Shown here: one piece after another, positions 1 through 12,899 of the stretch
Layout: the number at the start of each line of letters is the position of its first letter
Numbering within the stretch: position 1 is the first letter of the stretch
Translations under genes and position numbers: made by a program
Notes under the pieces: model-generated
Databases searched by the model: none
What the model was told of the DNA's origin: nothing
The model's input: the letters and a program-made list of their open reading frames with translations, nothing else
Assembly (NCBI GenBank): GCA_020891255.1
Contig: BQFW01000001.1
Coordinates: forward strand, 124,001 to 188,000
Direction of reading: 5' to 3'
From: Entomortierella parvispora E1425
Lineage: Eukaryota > Fungi > Mortierellomycota
Length of the DNA stretch: 64,000 nt

Positions 1-331
1 ATTCCTTGCCAGTGCCAGGCACGCACGAAGGAAAAGAAGAGCAAAGAAGCCAAACGAACCCAGCTGGGAGGGAGGACTTGTCTGTCTACCCTGCACCATC
101 TCGCCATCTTGCCTTCTTCTTTTCATCATCTTCATCACAATCGTCCTCTCTCGACCTCCTCCTTCTCCTCCCCCTTCCCTGCTCCCGTCTCTGCTGCCAG
201 ATATCGCACACTACTCTCGTCCCTTCTTCCAAGTCGACCGTGTGTGCTTTGTTCTTGTTCGTCCTCTCTTGTTGCTTGCTTCCTGCCAACCTACTTCTCA
301 ACCCCATCTCTGCTGATTGATAAAAAGCTCA

Positions 332-3300
332 ATGCTTGCCCACACCATGCACTCTTCAAACTCGATTCACTCTTCCACCGAAGGCACTTCCTCCTCATCC
401 TCTGCTGCCGCAGAGATGCAGATGTTGCACCAGGCTAGGAGCGAATCTGCTGCTGCCATCGCTGCTTCCGCTGTCGCCTCTGAGGTCTTGAACCAGACCG
501 AGGATGAACCCGTCGAACCCGTTTCTGTCAAGCAGGCCACCCCCCGCAAGGTCCAGAGCCTCGATCTCGATTCGATCTCCATGTTCCCTTCGCTCGGTTC
601 CTCGTCTGCTGCTCCTGCCCGTCCTGCCGCTACCTGGGGTGCCGGTCCTTCGTCCCGTGTCAAGTCTGCTGCTGGCAAGTTGGGTGCTGTTGGTGATCAA
701 CGCCGTACTCCCGCTGCCGCCGCCGCTGCTGCCGCTGCTTCTGCCCCCAAGGTCAGCAGCTCCGGTAACATTCAAGATCGTATGCAGATCCCCTCGGCTC
801 AGATCTCTGGTTTTGGAAAGTCCTCTGTGGGTGATATTGCCAAGGCTGTCATGACCTCCTCTGGCGCTCGTATTGAATCGACAACCTCTATGACCAGCGG
901 CACCACCACCTTCTTGATCTCGGGCAAGCCTGACGCCGTTGCCAAGGCTCGCCGTGATCTTCGATCCAGCTTTGCAAAGAAGGTAAATTGACGCGAATCA
1001 ACATTGAAATTTATTCATGACTTTGGACCTAGCTGATCTGATCGTGGGTAAAAAAAAAGAAAAGAAGATAGGGTGGATGAAGATCGCCAGGTGGTGGAAA
1101 GGATCCATTCTCCTCGGACTGTTGCCTGTTTTGCTTTGGTTTTCTGAATTGTCGCTGGTGGCAAAAAAGGGGGTGAAGAGGGACCGAGGCAAAATATTAA
1201 GACTGGAGTCAGATAAAAAGGCAAAGGGGGTGCGGGGGTGCGAAGATCAGCACTGAAAATATGCTCAAGGGGCGGCTCCACGTCTAAACTCACGCCATCT
1301 TGTTTTCCCCCACACATAGGAGAAGATCCAGTACTCTGTTCCCTCGTCTGCTCGTCCCCACCTTCTCGGATCCAAGGGCCGCACCCTTATCGGCATCCAG
1401 ACCAAGACTGGAGTTCAAATCACTGTTCCCCGTCGTGACCAACAGGAGACCACTTTTTCCACTGTCACGGCTTCTGAAGATGACCTGGACGCTGAGGAGG
1501 AGATGGTCGATATTGACATCGAGGGTGATGAAGAGAGCATTAGGGCTGCCAAGGAGGAAATCGACTCCATTGTCTCCAAGGTTTGTTCACAGAACGCGTT
1601 CCTCTGCATGCGGATCAAAAGTGCAAAGCGGCGGAAGACTAACATCAGTTTATATTCATTTGAAAATATTAGGCCTGCAGAATCAGCTACCGTTTGACCA
1701 CCGTCCCTGCCACGTATTACCCCTTCATTGCTGGAGCTCGCAATGTTCACATTCAGGCTATCCAGCAGGAGACTCACACCCGTATCAACATGCCCTTTGT
1801 CACGTCCCAGGAAGAGGATGAGGATGAGGATGCCAAGGATACCGCTATCGTGATCCAGGGAGACCGCAAGAACATCCGCAGGGCTATCGAGGCTATCGAG
1901 AACAGCTACCATGAGATTGAACGTACCACCCGTACCATGACCATCAACATCCCCAAGCGTCAGCATCGTTTCTTGGTCGGTACTAAGGGCGTTCACATCA
2001 ACGAGATTCATGCCGCAACTGGATGCACCATCGAAATCCCTCCCGTGGACTCTACCTCGGATGCCATTGTTGTCCGTGGACCCGAGTCTGAGCTGATCCC
2101 TGCTTTGACCTTGATCATGGAGAAGGCCAACAGCTCGCAGGTCGAGGTTGTTGATGTCACCACTCTTCACAAGCCTGTGGCTGGCCACAGCAAGGCCGAC
2201 CATGCCCGTCATGTCACAAAGTATTTGAGCACTCGCAACCGTCTCCGCAAGATTGAGCAGGAGCATGACGATGTCCAGATCTCGGCTGCTCGCGCTGAGG
2301 GTCAGACCACTGGCACTATTGAGATTGTCGCAAAATCAAAGTCGGAGGCTGAGGCTGCTCGCGCCAAGGTTCTCGAGGCTGCTAAGGCCTTGAGCCCTGC
2401 TCTTTTTGATGTTGTCCACATTGAACCTCTCCTTCACCGCCACATTGTTGGTCGCAAGGGTCAGAACATTAACCGTCTCCGTGAGACCCACGGTGTTGAG
2501 GTTATTGTGCCCGACTCAAACAGCGACTCGACCGAGGTTGTCCTCGTCTATGAGAACCAGGCTGACTTGACCGATGTGTCCAAGGTCCGCGCCGCTTTGG
2601 AGACTGTCAAGCAGGAGCTCGATAAGCTCGCCCACGACGCCACCGATTTTGCCACCAAGGTGTTATCTGTCCCTGCCCGTCTTCACAAGGACATTATTGG
2701 ACCCAAGGGTTCGACTTTGAACTCGATCATGGGCTTGGAACCCGTCACCTCTGTTCGTCTCGGACTTGGTCGTGCCAGTGCTGATGTGGCTGGCAAGAAG
2801 GTGGCTGGCCCTGCCTTGACTGAGGACTCTATTGTGATCAAGGGACCCAAGGAGGAGGTTGAGCGTGTTGCCAAGGAGATCTTGGCTGTCGCCGAGGATG
2901 CCAAGCACCAGCAGATCATGAAGTCCTACACTGTCAACTTTGAGATCCCCGCCACTGCCTCCCCTCACGTCATTGGCAAGGGCGGTGTCCACATTAACAA
3001 GCTGACTGAGGAATTCCAGGTCAAGTTTGATCTTAGCGACCGTGCTGCCCCTGGCGACGACAAGACCAAGAAGAAGTCTGGCGCTGAGATGATGGATGTT
3101 ACCATTCAGGGTGTCAAGAAGAATGTCGAGGCTGCCAAGGCCACTATCCTTAAGAAGGTCGAGCAGCTCGCCGATTCTACCGAGGCCAAGCTCAACATCC
3201 CCAAGGATTACCACCGTGCCTTGATCGGTGACAGCGGAGAGTACGTCCGTCGCTTGGAGGAAAAGTACGGTGTTCGCATCCAGTTCCCCAAGGCTTCTGA

Positions 3301-4690
3301 CTTTGAGGACGAGGATGACAAGTCCAAGTTGGATGTTGTCATGGTCTCTGGAGGCAAGAAGGGTGTCCAAGGCGCCAAGGAGGAGCTCTTGGAGTTGATG
3401 GAGTATGAGAAGGAGAACAACAACAAGCTCGAGATGACTGTCGAGCGCAAGATGTTGCCTCACATTGTCGGTCGCAGCGGTTCCAAGATTGACGAGATCA
3501 AGGAGGCTACCAACACCCGCATTATCATCCCCCGCGCTGGCGAGGCTGATGATAACTCTGAGGTTCGCCTTGTGATCAAGGGACCCCGCGCTGGTCTTAA
3601 GCAGGCCGAGAAGGCCATTTTGGAGATCATCGAGGCCCAGAAGTCGCAGGTTGAGGAGTTGGTCGAGATCAATAACAAGCACCACAAGGTCTTGATTGGT
3701 CAGGGTGGATCGACCTTGCGCGAGATCATTGCCAAGGCTGGCGGACCTGCTGAAATGTCGGCCCAGGCTGGTTTAGTCAAGTTCCAGAGTAGCAACAACG
3801 CCGTCTTGCTCAAGGGCGACAGGGTCGTTGTCGAGAAGCTCAAGGCTGAGATGTTGGCTATGGTTGCCGAGCAGGATAGCTGGACCACTGTTTCCGTTTA
3901 TATTCCTTCTGCCCAGCATCGCCAGGTCATTGGACCCCAGTTCTCCAACGTCAAGGAAATTGAGAACCGCCACAATGTCCGTATCCAGTTCCCCAACAAC
4001 AAGAACAACGCTGCTAAGAAGGAAGCTGAGACTGCCGCCGCCGACGGTACCCCTAACCCCAACGACCGTGTGACCATCAAGGGTCTCAAGGAGAACTGTG
4101 AAAAGGCCAAGGCAGATCTCGAGGCCAAGATCCGTTCCTCCGCTAGCCGTTCCTTCTCGATCCCCATGCGTTATCGCCAGGCTATCTTTGGTGACAGAAT
4201 TGGCTGGAAGATCCGCAACGAGTTCAACGTGGCCGTTCAGCTCCCCAAGGGTGGTGCTGCTGCTGGTGGCAAGCGCATTGATGTGGAGGAGGACAACGTC
4301 ACCCATGGTATCACCGATGGCCTCTCCTGGGAATTGTATGACAACTCTGCCCCCGCCACTGTGGGCGAGGTCGCTGAGGAGGCCCTCTACACCGTTCAGC
4401 TCCAGGGTACTGAGACTGCCTGCGATGCTGTTGAGAAGCACTTGACCGACCTCTTGGAGAAGGCCAAGTCTTCGACTCATGTCCTCAAGATTCGTGTCCC
4501 TACCACCTACCATGGATTGATTATTGGATCTGGCGGCAACAACATCAAGAACATTGAGGCCGAGTCCAACACCTCTACCAAGATCAACCGTGGCGAGGAG
4601 CTGATCACCATCTCGGGACCTAAGGAGGGTGTTGAGAAGGCTAAGGCTGCCATCGTTCGCATTGTCAACAACTCTGATAAGCGCGTTTAA
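332..4690 (+). CDS. SCP160: Vigilin / Scp160-like multi-KH-domain RNA-binding protein (3 coding exons: ~332-982, 1320-1580, 1673-4690)
   Basis: Many KH GxxG loops (FIAGARN, LVGTKG, IVGRKG, IIGPKG, VIGKGG, IVGRSG, LIGQGG, IIGSGG). GT-AG introns 983-1319 and 1581-1672 join ORFs 317..991, 1503..1697 and 1694..4690 in frame. Start codon uncertain (ATG 332, 347 or 417). Confidence 0.9.
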
Positions 4691-6548
4691 AAACTCGAAA
4701 AGGGAAGGAAAAAAAAAGTGGCGTGAAGACTTTTCTACTTTTTTTTGTTTGCATCATCTTTTTGTGAACACCCATTTGTAAATATCATCAACCACTTGTT
4801 TGAATAAAATGTCATTTCTGTTTGCCATTTTTTAACGGGCCCAACGTTTGTTATCTCAATGGTGGATGGAGTCTGCAGAGGCGCAAATGTTTCGCTGTTT
4901 TGAACTGTGCCTCATTCTTTGTCACTCTACTCTCAATTCCCCTAGAATCTGTGCCACATTGGAGAATTGAGGTTGGCGTTGTGTGAGCACAGGCCCGAAA
5001 AATAGGAGCGATCGCTTTTTCTGGTAGAAAGAGAAATGTAACGACGAAAAGAGAATCAAGGACGGACTAACAGGAAAAGGAAAACCGCTTTTTGCGAAGA
5101 TGAGCAACACTCTCCTTTTCGAGTTACGGTGCCACCCAAAATCAAGAGACACCAATGAAGGTCGACCACACCACCACAACAACAACAACAAAAAATCCAG
5201 CTATTCTCGATGTGGCGGACAAACTTGAAGGGTTACATTTTTGGGGGAAAGGAGTTGATCTGCGCGAATGTAGCGGAAAAGGTTGTCGCCAGCTGGCTAT
5301 TGAACGACGACGCGACGACGCGACGCACAAAAGAGGGCATGCTGACAACGACAACGGCGACCAGCGCAGGAAAGGGTAATTCTGCTCGGGTTCTAACTTT
5401 TAAAAAATCGCACCCTTTCCTTGCAAGGAAAGAACACGTGTGGCTTTTCTTCCAGGCAGACAAAAGGAGACGCAGAGACGCATGCTCGCTGTTGTGCGCT
5501 CGTCCTCATTCCACTTTTGTCCTCATTCACTCTGCACATCACTTGCGACACAGTCAACATGTCGCCACAGCTCTTGACGGACCTGGACCAGCATCATTGT
5601 AAATTCATGGACAGGATTGGCCACAATGACCAGTAACAAGAATGAAGAATGGGGCACACTGTCGACGCGACTCTGGAGAATGCAGGAAGGGACATTATTG
5701 CCTTTATGGCATTCATGGGTTCACCAGAACAGAGGGATCAGCACCGCCGGATTACATTCAACCTGAGCTTCCCGTTTCATTTCGCGCTTGTCAGAAATCT
5801 CTGGATTGCAGTATTGCCATCTAGCAAAAACTGGTTTCTCCGCCCGCTTTGTTGGACCTGCTATTCACCCTCGTTCGATTGAAATGAAGGTCTTCTGTTG
5901 ACTTCTGACAGGGCGCATGGCTCTGGTGGATTTCACTGCGCGTCATCAAGACTACTTCTGCACAACGACTGTGAGGCACCGCTGGCAGTAGGCTTGACGT
6001 TCGTCAGGATTGTTGATATAGGAAGGCTGAGGATGCGACCTTGACCACCTACGACCGGGCACCGTGGTCATCCATTAGCAGAGAGCGGAAACCAAGCGCT
6101 ATGCGGCTAGTCGGGAAGGAGGAACTGACTCGAGCCGAAAGCGATTGTGGCTGATTCAGGAAGAATCTCCCATGGCGGCCTCATGTCACTTCATGCATTG
6201 ACCTTGGCGGCCTTCGTTGCAGTTATATAACGTGGACAGGTAAGAACTCTCCCTCACTCCCCTTCTTCGTTTCTTTTACTCATCACTTTCGCTGCATATA
6301 TTCCCTTCGCCTGTTTCTCAGTTTCATATACATTGCATACTCACTCCTCTGAAAATCTTCAGGTGTCTATCAACCACTTCGTCGGACAGGATCATCGCTC
6401 CGTTTGAGAGGATCATCCGCATCTTCCAGACCGCTTCTATTTCTGTGGACCTATCCACATCTACTCTGGCGTCTTATATCTGGACAAAACAACGGATTAA
6501 ATACTCAAACTCGACTCGTTTGAAGATCCTGAGCATTGGACAACCAAC

Positions 6549-8159
6549 ATGCCCGATTTCATTGTGCCTGGACTGAGCCCTCTCGAGATCCCAGAGGTGA
6601 TTGCTATGGTGGGCCAGCAGATCCCTCTAACCCGGCAGGAAACCTATACGGACCATTTTAATCCCGCACTGACCGGAACCCGGACCGTATTCGCAGCACG
6701 GGACTTGGTAGCGTGCACTGCAGTATCCAGGAAATGGCGCTGGGTACTCCTTCCGATATTGTGGCGACAGTACGATGGTCCACTCATGCGACATGTGCCG
6801 AGGTCGATATTGCAGGCAAACAGCGAGTACTGGCGTTCTTTTCGGGATCGATTCGGTCACCATCACGTAGGACCCTTTTTTACAACAAATTTGCGACAGC
6901 TAGTCATTTCTCAACAGCATGACTGGGCGGTCCCATTCATAACATCCAACACTTTATTGTGCCACTTGACATGGACGGGATTAGGAACCAGATTTTCGGA
7001 CGTAGAATTCTCTGCCCTTTCTGTTCTCTCCAATCTTCGAGACCTCTCCCTTTCCAACTGGAATCTGGATGGGAGACAATTGGCAGTCGTGCTCTGTGCA
7101 AATCCAAAGCTAGTGCGACTGAGCCTGGGATTTGTGGATGGCGTGCTGAATCTCGACGGAATGTTGATTTTGTTTGCGCTCGAGGAAATCAGTCTTGGAT
7201 ATATCCCCCCCAAAAGTCAAAGTCTGCTAGAGCTGGCGAGGTATTGTCCAAGTCTTCAGAGAATATCCTTCTTGGGCACATGGACAGCGGACCAACCCAG
7301 GGATTTAGTCGCACTGAGCAACAGCCTGCTTTTTTGCTGTCCGGATCTTTGCTCTATTCATTTCTCGGCCTCATATTGCTTTGCGACCAACGACTTTGAC
7401 ACGCTCGAGGATTTCGAATATGCGGCTTTGATCCACAGCTCGAAGGCCCTGGGTAACTTTGCAGCCGAGGTCGCAGGACTTGGACGACTAATGACGGACT
7501 CGCTGATCAGCCACTTTGACAGTCTGGTTTCGGTGGATTTGTGCATTCGACGTCGGTACCAGTATACGCACGATGGCGGAGGCGGAGGGGTCATAAGCCG
7601 ATCCATAGATATTGCCAACACTGCCAGGATTCTGAGTAGCTGCAGTCGACTCCGGATCTTTCGATTGTCCAGTGCAGAGAACGTGATTGAAATGAGGGCG
7701 GCTCTTGAACTGTTTTCTCTCCCCTGGGCTTGTCTTGGACTTGAGATTCTCTCTTTGAGTCAAATATTACTACCAAACTTGAATTCTAAGCAGGAACGTG
7801 GGGGCCGATCGACAGCCACCGCGCCCGCTGCCATGAGTTCTTTAAGGGCATTTGGATGGCACCCACAGTCAAAGTCTGGACCCTTGGCGGCCTGTACGCA
7901 GTCCTCTACCACGACCTCTCGAGAGGCACTAGTGACCGCGGGAATCCCTTCACCGCCAAACTTCGCACTGACCACAACCCCAAATTCAGCTGCCATGGCG
8001 GCGACCTTGCCTACACCATCGCCATTGGAAGCCGATGATGATCTCTGGCGATTTGGTACTGAATTCAAGTGCAAACTCCTACCTCAGGTCAGCTCCTTGA
8101 AGGTCTTGAAGGAGTTATGCTTGAACAAGGTCATCTACGCAAGGACGGCTGTTGCTTGA
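6549..8159 (+). CDS. F-box-like / LRR-type protein, intronless, 536 aa
   Basis: N-terminal SPLEIPEVIAMVGQ...LVACTAVSRKWRWVLLPILW F-box-like motif, then degenerate LxxLxL repeats and a PWACLGLEILSL motif shared with the other F-box-like ORFs in this window. Confidence 0.7.
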   Translation: MPDFIVPGLSPLEIPEVIAMVGQQIPLTRQETYTDHFNPALTGTRTVFAARDLVACTAVSRKWRWVLLPILWRQYDGPLMRHVPRSILQANSEYWRSFRDRFGHHHVGPFFTTNLRQLVISQQHDWAVPFITSNTLLCHLTWTGLGTRFSDVEFSALSVLSNLRDLSLSNWNLDGRQLAVVLCANPKLVRLSLGFVDGVLNLDGMLILFALEEISLGYIPPKSQSLLELARYCPSLQRISFLGTWTADQPRDLVALSNSLLFCCPDLCSIHFSASYCFATNDFDTLEDFEYAALIHSSKALGNFAAEVAGLGRLMTDSLISHFDSLVSVDLCIRRRYQYTHDGGGGGVISRSIDIANTARILSSCSRLRIFRLSSAENVIEMRAALELFSLPWACLGLEILSLSQILLPNLNSKQERGGRSTATAPAAMSSLRAFGWHPQSKSGPLAACTQSSTTTSREALVTAGIPSPPNFALTTTPNSAAMAATLPTPSPLEADDDLWRFGTEFKCKLLPQVSSLKVLKELCLNKVIYARTAVA

Positions 8160-8499
8160 AAAAAAAAGGGGGAAGCTTGCGGTCCTCATGAATCAAATGC
8201 TTGCGATTTCCATGGCAGGACTCTGACATCGAATCAGTCGAGGTGCACTACCCTCCCCACCCTTTCGCATCAGGAATTTTTGTCTACAAACGTGTCGATA
8301 TAGCCACCTCTCTTACCGACGGCTCCCTTTCCTCAGCCTTGATATGTGTTTAACGTTTCTTTATACCAAACGGGAAAAAATATCGCTCCCCTCTTGCATC
8401 GCATCTTGCCTGCATTAAGCATCCCATATCGCTCTTTTCTTCAACCAATACCTGCAGAGAAATAAAAGATGCCAAATGCTGATTCAACAAAGCCTATCG

Positions 8500-9370
8500 A
8501 AGCACTGAAAGACCGAGCAGCAATATGTCGACTAGTAAGAAGTATCACCTGCGAGTGAGGCTAAGAACACCGAAGTTTTCTCAATGAGGCGAGGAGCATT
8601 GATCTAAAATCCCAATCCATCTGTCCAACTCGACGCAATACTTGCGATGAAAAGAAGAATTCTCTTCTTCCTCATCGCAGATGCTTCGTTTGGTCGTTCC
8701 ATATGGCAGCAGGCCGACAGACATTTGAGCAGCAATGTCGACTAGTAAAAAATCGCCCTGTTCACCTGAAACCAAATGCGTCGTGTTCCTTTCGCGGAGG
8801 AGCATCGATATGGGTTATTCAATCACAACTCGTCAAGAAACCAAGGCACCAACAGCAACAGATCCAGAGGTTGACTTGGCCACCCAACGTAACATTTACG
8901 ATTGCCGGAAGAATTTTCTTCTTTCTATCGCAGATGCTACGGTTGATCAGGTCCCCTGGAACGGCAATGTCGACTAGTAAAAAGTCATTGCCCACGCGTG
9001 GGACCAAGTGCACTGAACTTGTTTCGTCGAGGAGCATCGATCTGATTCGTAAAATCAAGGGTCAATATTTTTTTGTCCAACTCGTCAAGAAAAGGCCGAT
9101 TCTCAGATCCATCGGCTGCCCAAACCATTCATGATATCAGGTGATCTTGACTTTGAACAGCAATGTCAACTAGTGAAAAGTCGTTGCCCACACATGGGAC
9201 CAAGTGCGCTGAACTTGTTTCGTCGAGGGGCATCGATCTGGTTCGTAAAATCAAGGGTCGATGTTTTTTGTCCAACTCGTCAAGAAACGGCCGATTCTCA
9301 GATCCATCTGCCCAAACCATTCTTGATATCAGGTGATACTCAGCTACTGACTGGAATGGTAAAAAGTCAT
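8500..9370. repeat. Degenerate tandem array of 4-5 units of ~190-230 bp
   Basis: Anchor CAATGTCGACTAGT(A/G)AAAA recurs at ~8521, 8733, 8965 and 9161. GATATCAGGTGAT recurs at 9133 and 9325. Minus-strand ORFs 8581..8805, 8819..9058 and 9129..9320 share (G/N)DF(L/S)LVDIA. Confidence 0.8.
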
Positions 9371-9473
9371 CGCTGGTATACGGGACAAACGCACTGTGCC
9401 TCTCTCGTCACAGAGCCAGATCTGGATCATAACATCAATGAATCCAAATCACTTTTTTTATATGTTTTTATAT

Positions 9474-9511
<38 letters not shown>

Positions 9512-9900
9512 GCTGAACTGGTAACTGACTCTACGCGAGAAGACAGATTTATTCATTGCCTTTTCCGCGCTAAGATTTGGACCTGCACTGTTGACTTCTA
9601 AGAAGCCATGGTATGCACTCCGAGCAGGCCATCCCTTACTTCAAGAAGCATCGATCCTGGGCGCTAAACTTCTGTTGGCGCGGCCGAAGCTCTCATGCAC
9701 TTGGTCACATGACACCATGTGATTCCTTAGTTTCGCCCTCTGACTTGAAGCTGCTCTTCTCGCCATTCATTCCTTTTTTCTCTTCAACCACCCACCCACG
9801 GACTCACAGGAGCGCACCCAGACCCAGTTTCTCTTATTCTTTGCTGCAAGGAAGACGATAACTAGAGACGACATCCACGCGTCAACCCCATCATTCCATC

Positions 9901-11426
9901 ATGTTTGCAAAGCATCGCACCACCGGATACAACGGATACGCCGTAAAGTGAACTGGTTCTTGAGCCCCCAGAGTTGTCGAGCGTCATGCTTGTCTGAAGG
10001 ACCCACCGTATAGAGCACGCTTTTTGAGGCGCATTACTTCCTGATGCTTACCTCTGGCACCCCATTTCTTCTTCATGGTGTTGACTTTTGTTGTTTAGGT
10101 CCAATGGAGTCCGTTTTTTGAGCACAAGTTGGCAGTGGCCACTGCCTCCAACTTTGGACTTGTAGGCAACGGAAGACTTCATATCTTGAACGTTGGAGCA
10201 GGGCCCGCAGCAGGGCAGATCACCGTCGAGCGAGTGTAAGTCTTCTTTCCAGACTTTTGGTCACCAGATGGGATCTGCTTTGAGACCGACCGTCGATCGG
10301 CTCAGGGGAAATTATTCCGGTCAAAGTGACCCTCTTTGGGAACCAATCAGCCATGGGATCGGTTGGTGACCGCCACCATTCTCGTTGAGGCTCTGCAAAA
10401 ACTGACAGCCTTTTTTTCGGGTTCATTCCCCTTTCTCGTTGGGTCTTCTAGTTTTGATACCCAGGATGGACTGTTTGATGTGTGCTGGAGCGAGGTGAAC
10501 GAGAACCAATTGGTCACAGCCAGTGGTGATGGATCCATAAAGTTGTGGGATACTACATTGGCCGTAAGTTTGGTCCGCATGTCGCGTGTGTTGTTCCCTC
10601 AATCTTCTGGCCCTCTGGCCATATATGTCTGACCTTTTGCATTCTATCGCCTTGCCACTATAGGACTTTCCAATTCAAAACTGGCACGAGCATCAGCGGG
10701 AAGTTTTTTCTGTCAATTGGAATCTGGTCAGAAAAGACAGCTTCCTGAGTGCTTCGTGGGACAACACAATTAAATTGGTAAGCCGCCACACACAGGATGC
10801 CATGAGAAATCTGAGGAATCTGGTGAAACTGTGAAGAGGTGAGGGCCTAACATGCACGCTTCAAACTTTTTCAACATTGACAGTGGACCCAAAACAGTCC
10901 GACCTCGCTGCAGACATTCAAGGGCCACTCTCACTGCGTTTATTCAGCCATGTGGTCGCCTCACTCTCCATCACTTTTTGCATCCTGCTCTGGAGATCAT
11001 ACGGTGAAACTCTGGGACACCAACTCACCAGCACCCATCCAGACCATTTTGGCGCACGGCAATGAGGTCCTGTCGTTGGACTGGAACAAATACCAGGATC
11101 ATACCGTTGTCACTGGATCTGTTGACCATACGATCAAGGTGTGGGATATGAGGCGCCCAGATCGGGAAGTCAACTGCCTTCGTGGACACGAGTATGCAGT
11201 TCGAAAGGTCAAGTGCTCACCACATTCGGGATCACTGGTGGCGTCGACGTCTTACGATATGACGATGCGGATTTGGGATATCACAACTGGCGACATGATT
11301 GAGATTCACGATGCTCACACAGAGTTTGTACTTGGAGTCGACTTCAACCTTTACCGAGACCGCGAGATTGCCACTTGCGCATGGGATGAGAGCGTGCATG
11401 TTTTCCAGCCAAGGTGTCTGATGTAG
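9901..11426 (+). CDS. PEX7: Peroxisomal PTS2 receptor, WD40 (exons 9901-9942, 10099-10235, 10452-10563, 10664-10777, 10884-11426)
   Basis: Spliced N-terminus [36 protein letters not shown], then [33 protein letters not shown] and WD40 repeats. All four introns are GT-AG and preserve frame. Confidence 0.93.
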
Positions 11427-11949
11427 GTCAGGGTCAGATAATTGACAACCGAAGTGACATGACTAGCCGTAGGTGAAACTGTTGCGCCTAAAGTCCAGGA
11501 GAGAGCGAAAACGGCGCTGACTGGACTGTAGAAAAATAAACATTGTACCATACCAGAATCCTTAAACCTCTGCTTGCCCTTATGCCCACTTGTAACTGGC
11601 AGCTCTCTGTCCAGGATCATCGAGTCAGCCCAGTGGCCCCGTCCTCTCCTCCATCCAAAAAAAAAAAAAAAAGAAAAAAAAAAAAAGTGGCGCACAGTCT
11701 CTGGTCGACCACGGTCACATCTCCCACGCCCACGCGTCTGCGCAAATTGCCCAGGGGGAATTGCGCGTCATTCATTGCGAATGAATGAGTACCATGTATA
11801 AAAGAGACTCTCTTTTCACTCTTTCTCATCTTCTTTTCAACCCCACCCACATCCTTCCCTCTTCAGGAAAACCACCCTTCAGAAACTTCCATCGAAAAAA
11901 AGTACCACTACCTTCACTTTCACTCCCACTTTTTTTCTAAAAAAGCAGT

Positions 11950-12702
11950 ATGGCCGACAACATTTCCAAGTATGGTCTCAAGGCTCTCCCTGCTGACCAA
12001 GAAAAGTGCAAGCCAGAGATCTCAACTCCTCCCAAGCCAGTCTCGATCAAAGCCCTTCAACCCCCGAAGTCGGCTTTGGCCAAGCGCATCCGCGCCTATT
12101 GTGAATCGCAGTTGCCGGCCGAGACCTACCGCCATTCCCTGAGAGTCTACAGCTACGGCTGCGCGATTGCCCGAGAGTGTTATCCATCCTTCGAACTGAC
12201 GGCCGGGAGTGCCCTGGATGAGACTTGGTTCTGCACGGCCATGTTGCACGACATTGGAACCACACCCGAGAACATTTCAAAGACACGTCTGTCGTACGAG
12301 TTCTGGGCCGGATACCATGCTCTGGAACTTTTGCAGGATGAGAAGGCTCAGGGTGGTGGAGTTGCAGAGAGAGATCAGGCCGAAAGTGTGGCGGAGGCGA
12401 TCATTCGTCATCAGGATGTTCAACCCAAGGGACAGATCTCATTGCTCACTCGACTGATCCATTGGGGCACCCTGTTGGACAACATTGGAGCCGTGGCCGA
12501 GTTGGTGGATCGGGAGACTATCTCAGAGATCTGCGCAGCGTACCCGAGAAAGGGGTGGTGCGGATGTTTCAAGAAGACAGTCTTGGAGGAGCTGAGTCTG
12601 AAGCCGTATGCGATGGTCAGCCGGATCGAAGGGTTTGATGCTTTGATCGAGAAGAACGCGACATCTGGACCAATGAGCCACTGGGATAAAGGCGGCCAAT
12701 AG
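11950..12702 (+). CDS. cah: Cyanamide hydratase (HD-domain; Cah / Ddi2-Ddi3 family), intronless, 250 aa
   Basis: Motifs ETYRHSLRVYSYG, MLHDIGTT, TRLSYEFWAG, QAESVAEAIIRHQD and TLLDNIG match the fungal cyanamide hydratase family. Confidence 0.88.
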   Translation: MADNISKYGLKALPADQEKCKPEISTPPKPVSIKALQPPKSALAKRIRAYCESQLPAETYRHSLRVYSYGCAIARECYPSFELTAGSALDETWFCTAMLHDIGTTPENISKTRLSYEFWAGYHALELLQDEKAQGGGVAERDQAESVAEAIIRHQDVQPKGQISLLTRLIHWGTLLDNIGAVAELVDRETISEICAAYPRKGWCGCFKKTVLEELSLKPYAMVSRIEGFDALIEKNATSGPMSHWDKGGQ

Positions 12703-12899
12703 AGCGAAGAAAGGGATACCAAAGTCCATAGGATGGAAATAGTGCAAAATATCCTATCGGACAGGCAGCTACTCGCTGGAGGAAGCGAGGCCAGGCTGAA
12801 ATAAATCTTCAAGCGCCGTTTCTCAAACAAAAAACTGTAACGTCAAGAATTCCACAAAACTGAAATATGCTCTTTGACTACTTTTCCCTTTTGTTGACC

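Noticed and set aside
1415-4513. Long minus-strand ORFs (1415..2266, 2663..3685, 3773..4513), and similarly 18925..19437 and 19621..19977
   Set aside because: Antisense shadows of strongly codon-biased genes (vigilin, SUB2); no independent motifs.
5558-5900. Coding-like stretch (5649..5882 and upstream) broken by stops
   Set aside because: No recognisable family motif; cannot support a gene or pseudogene call.
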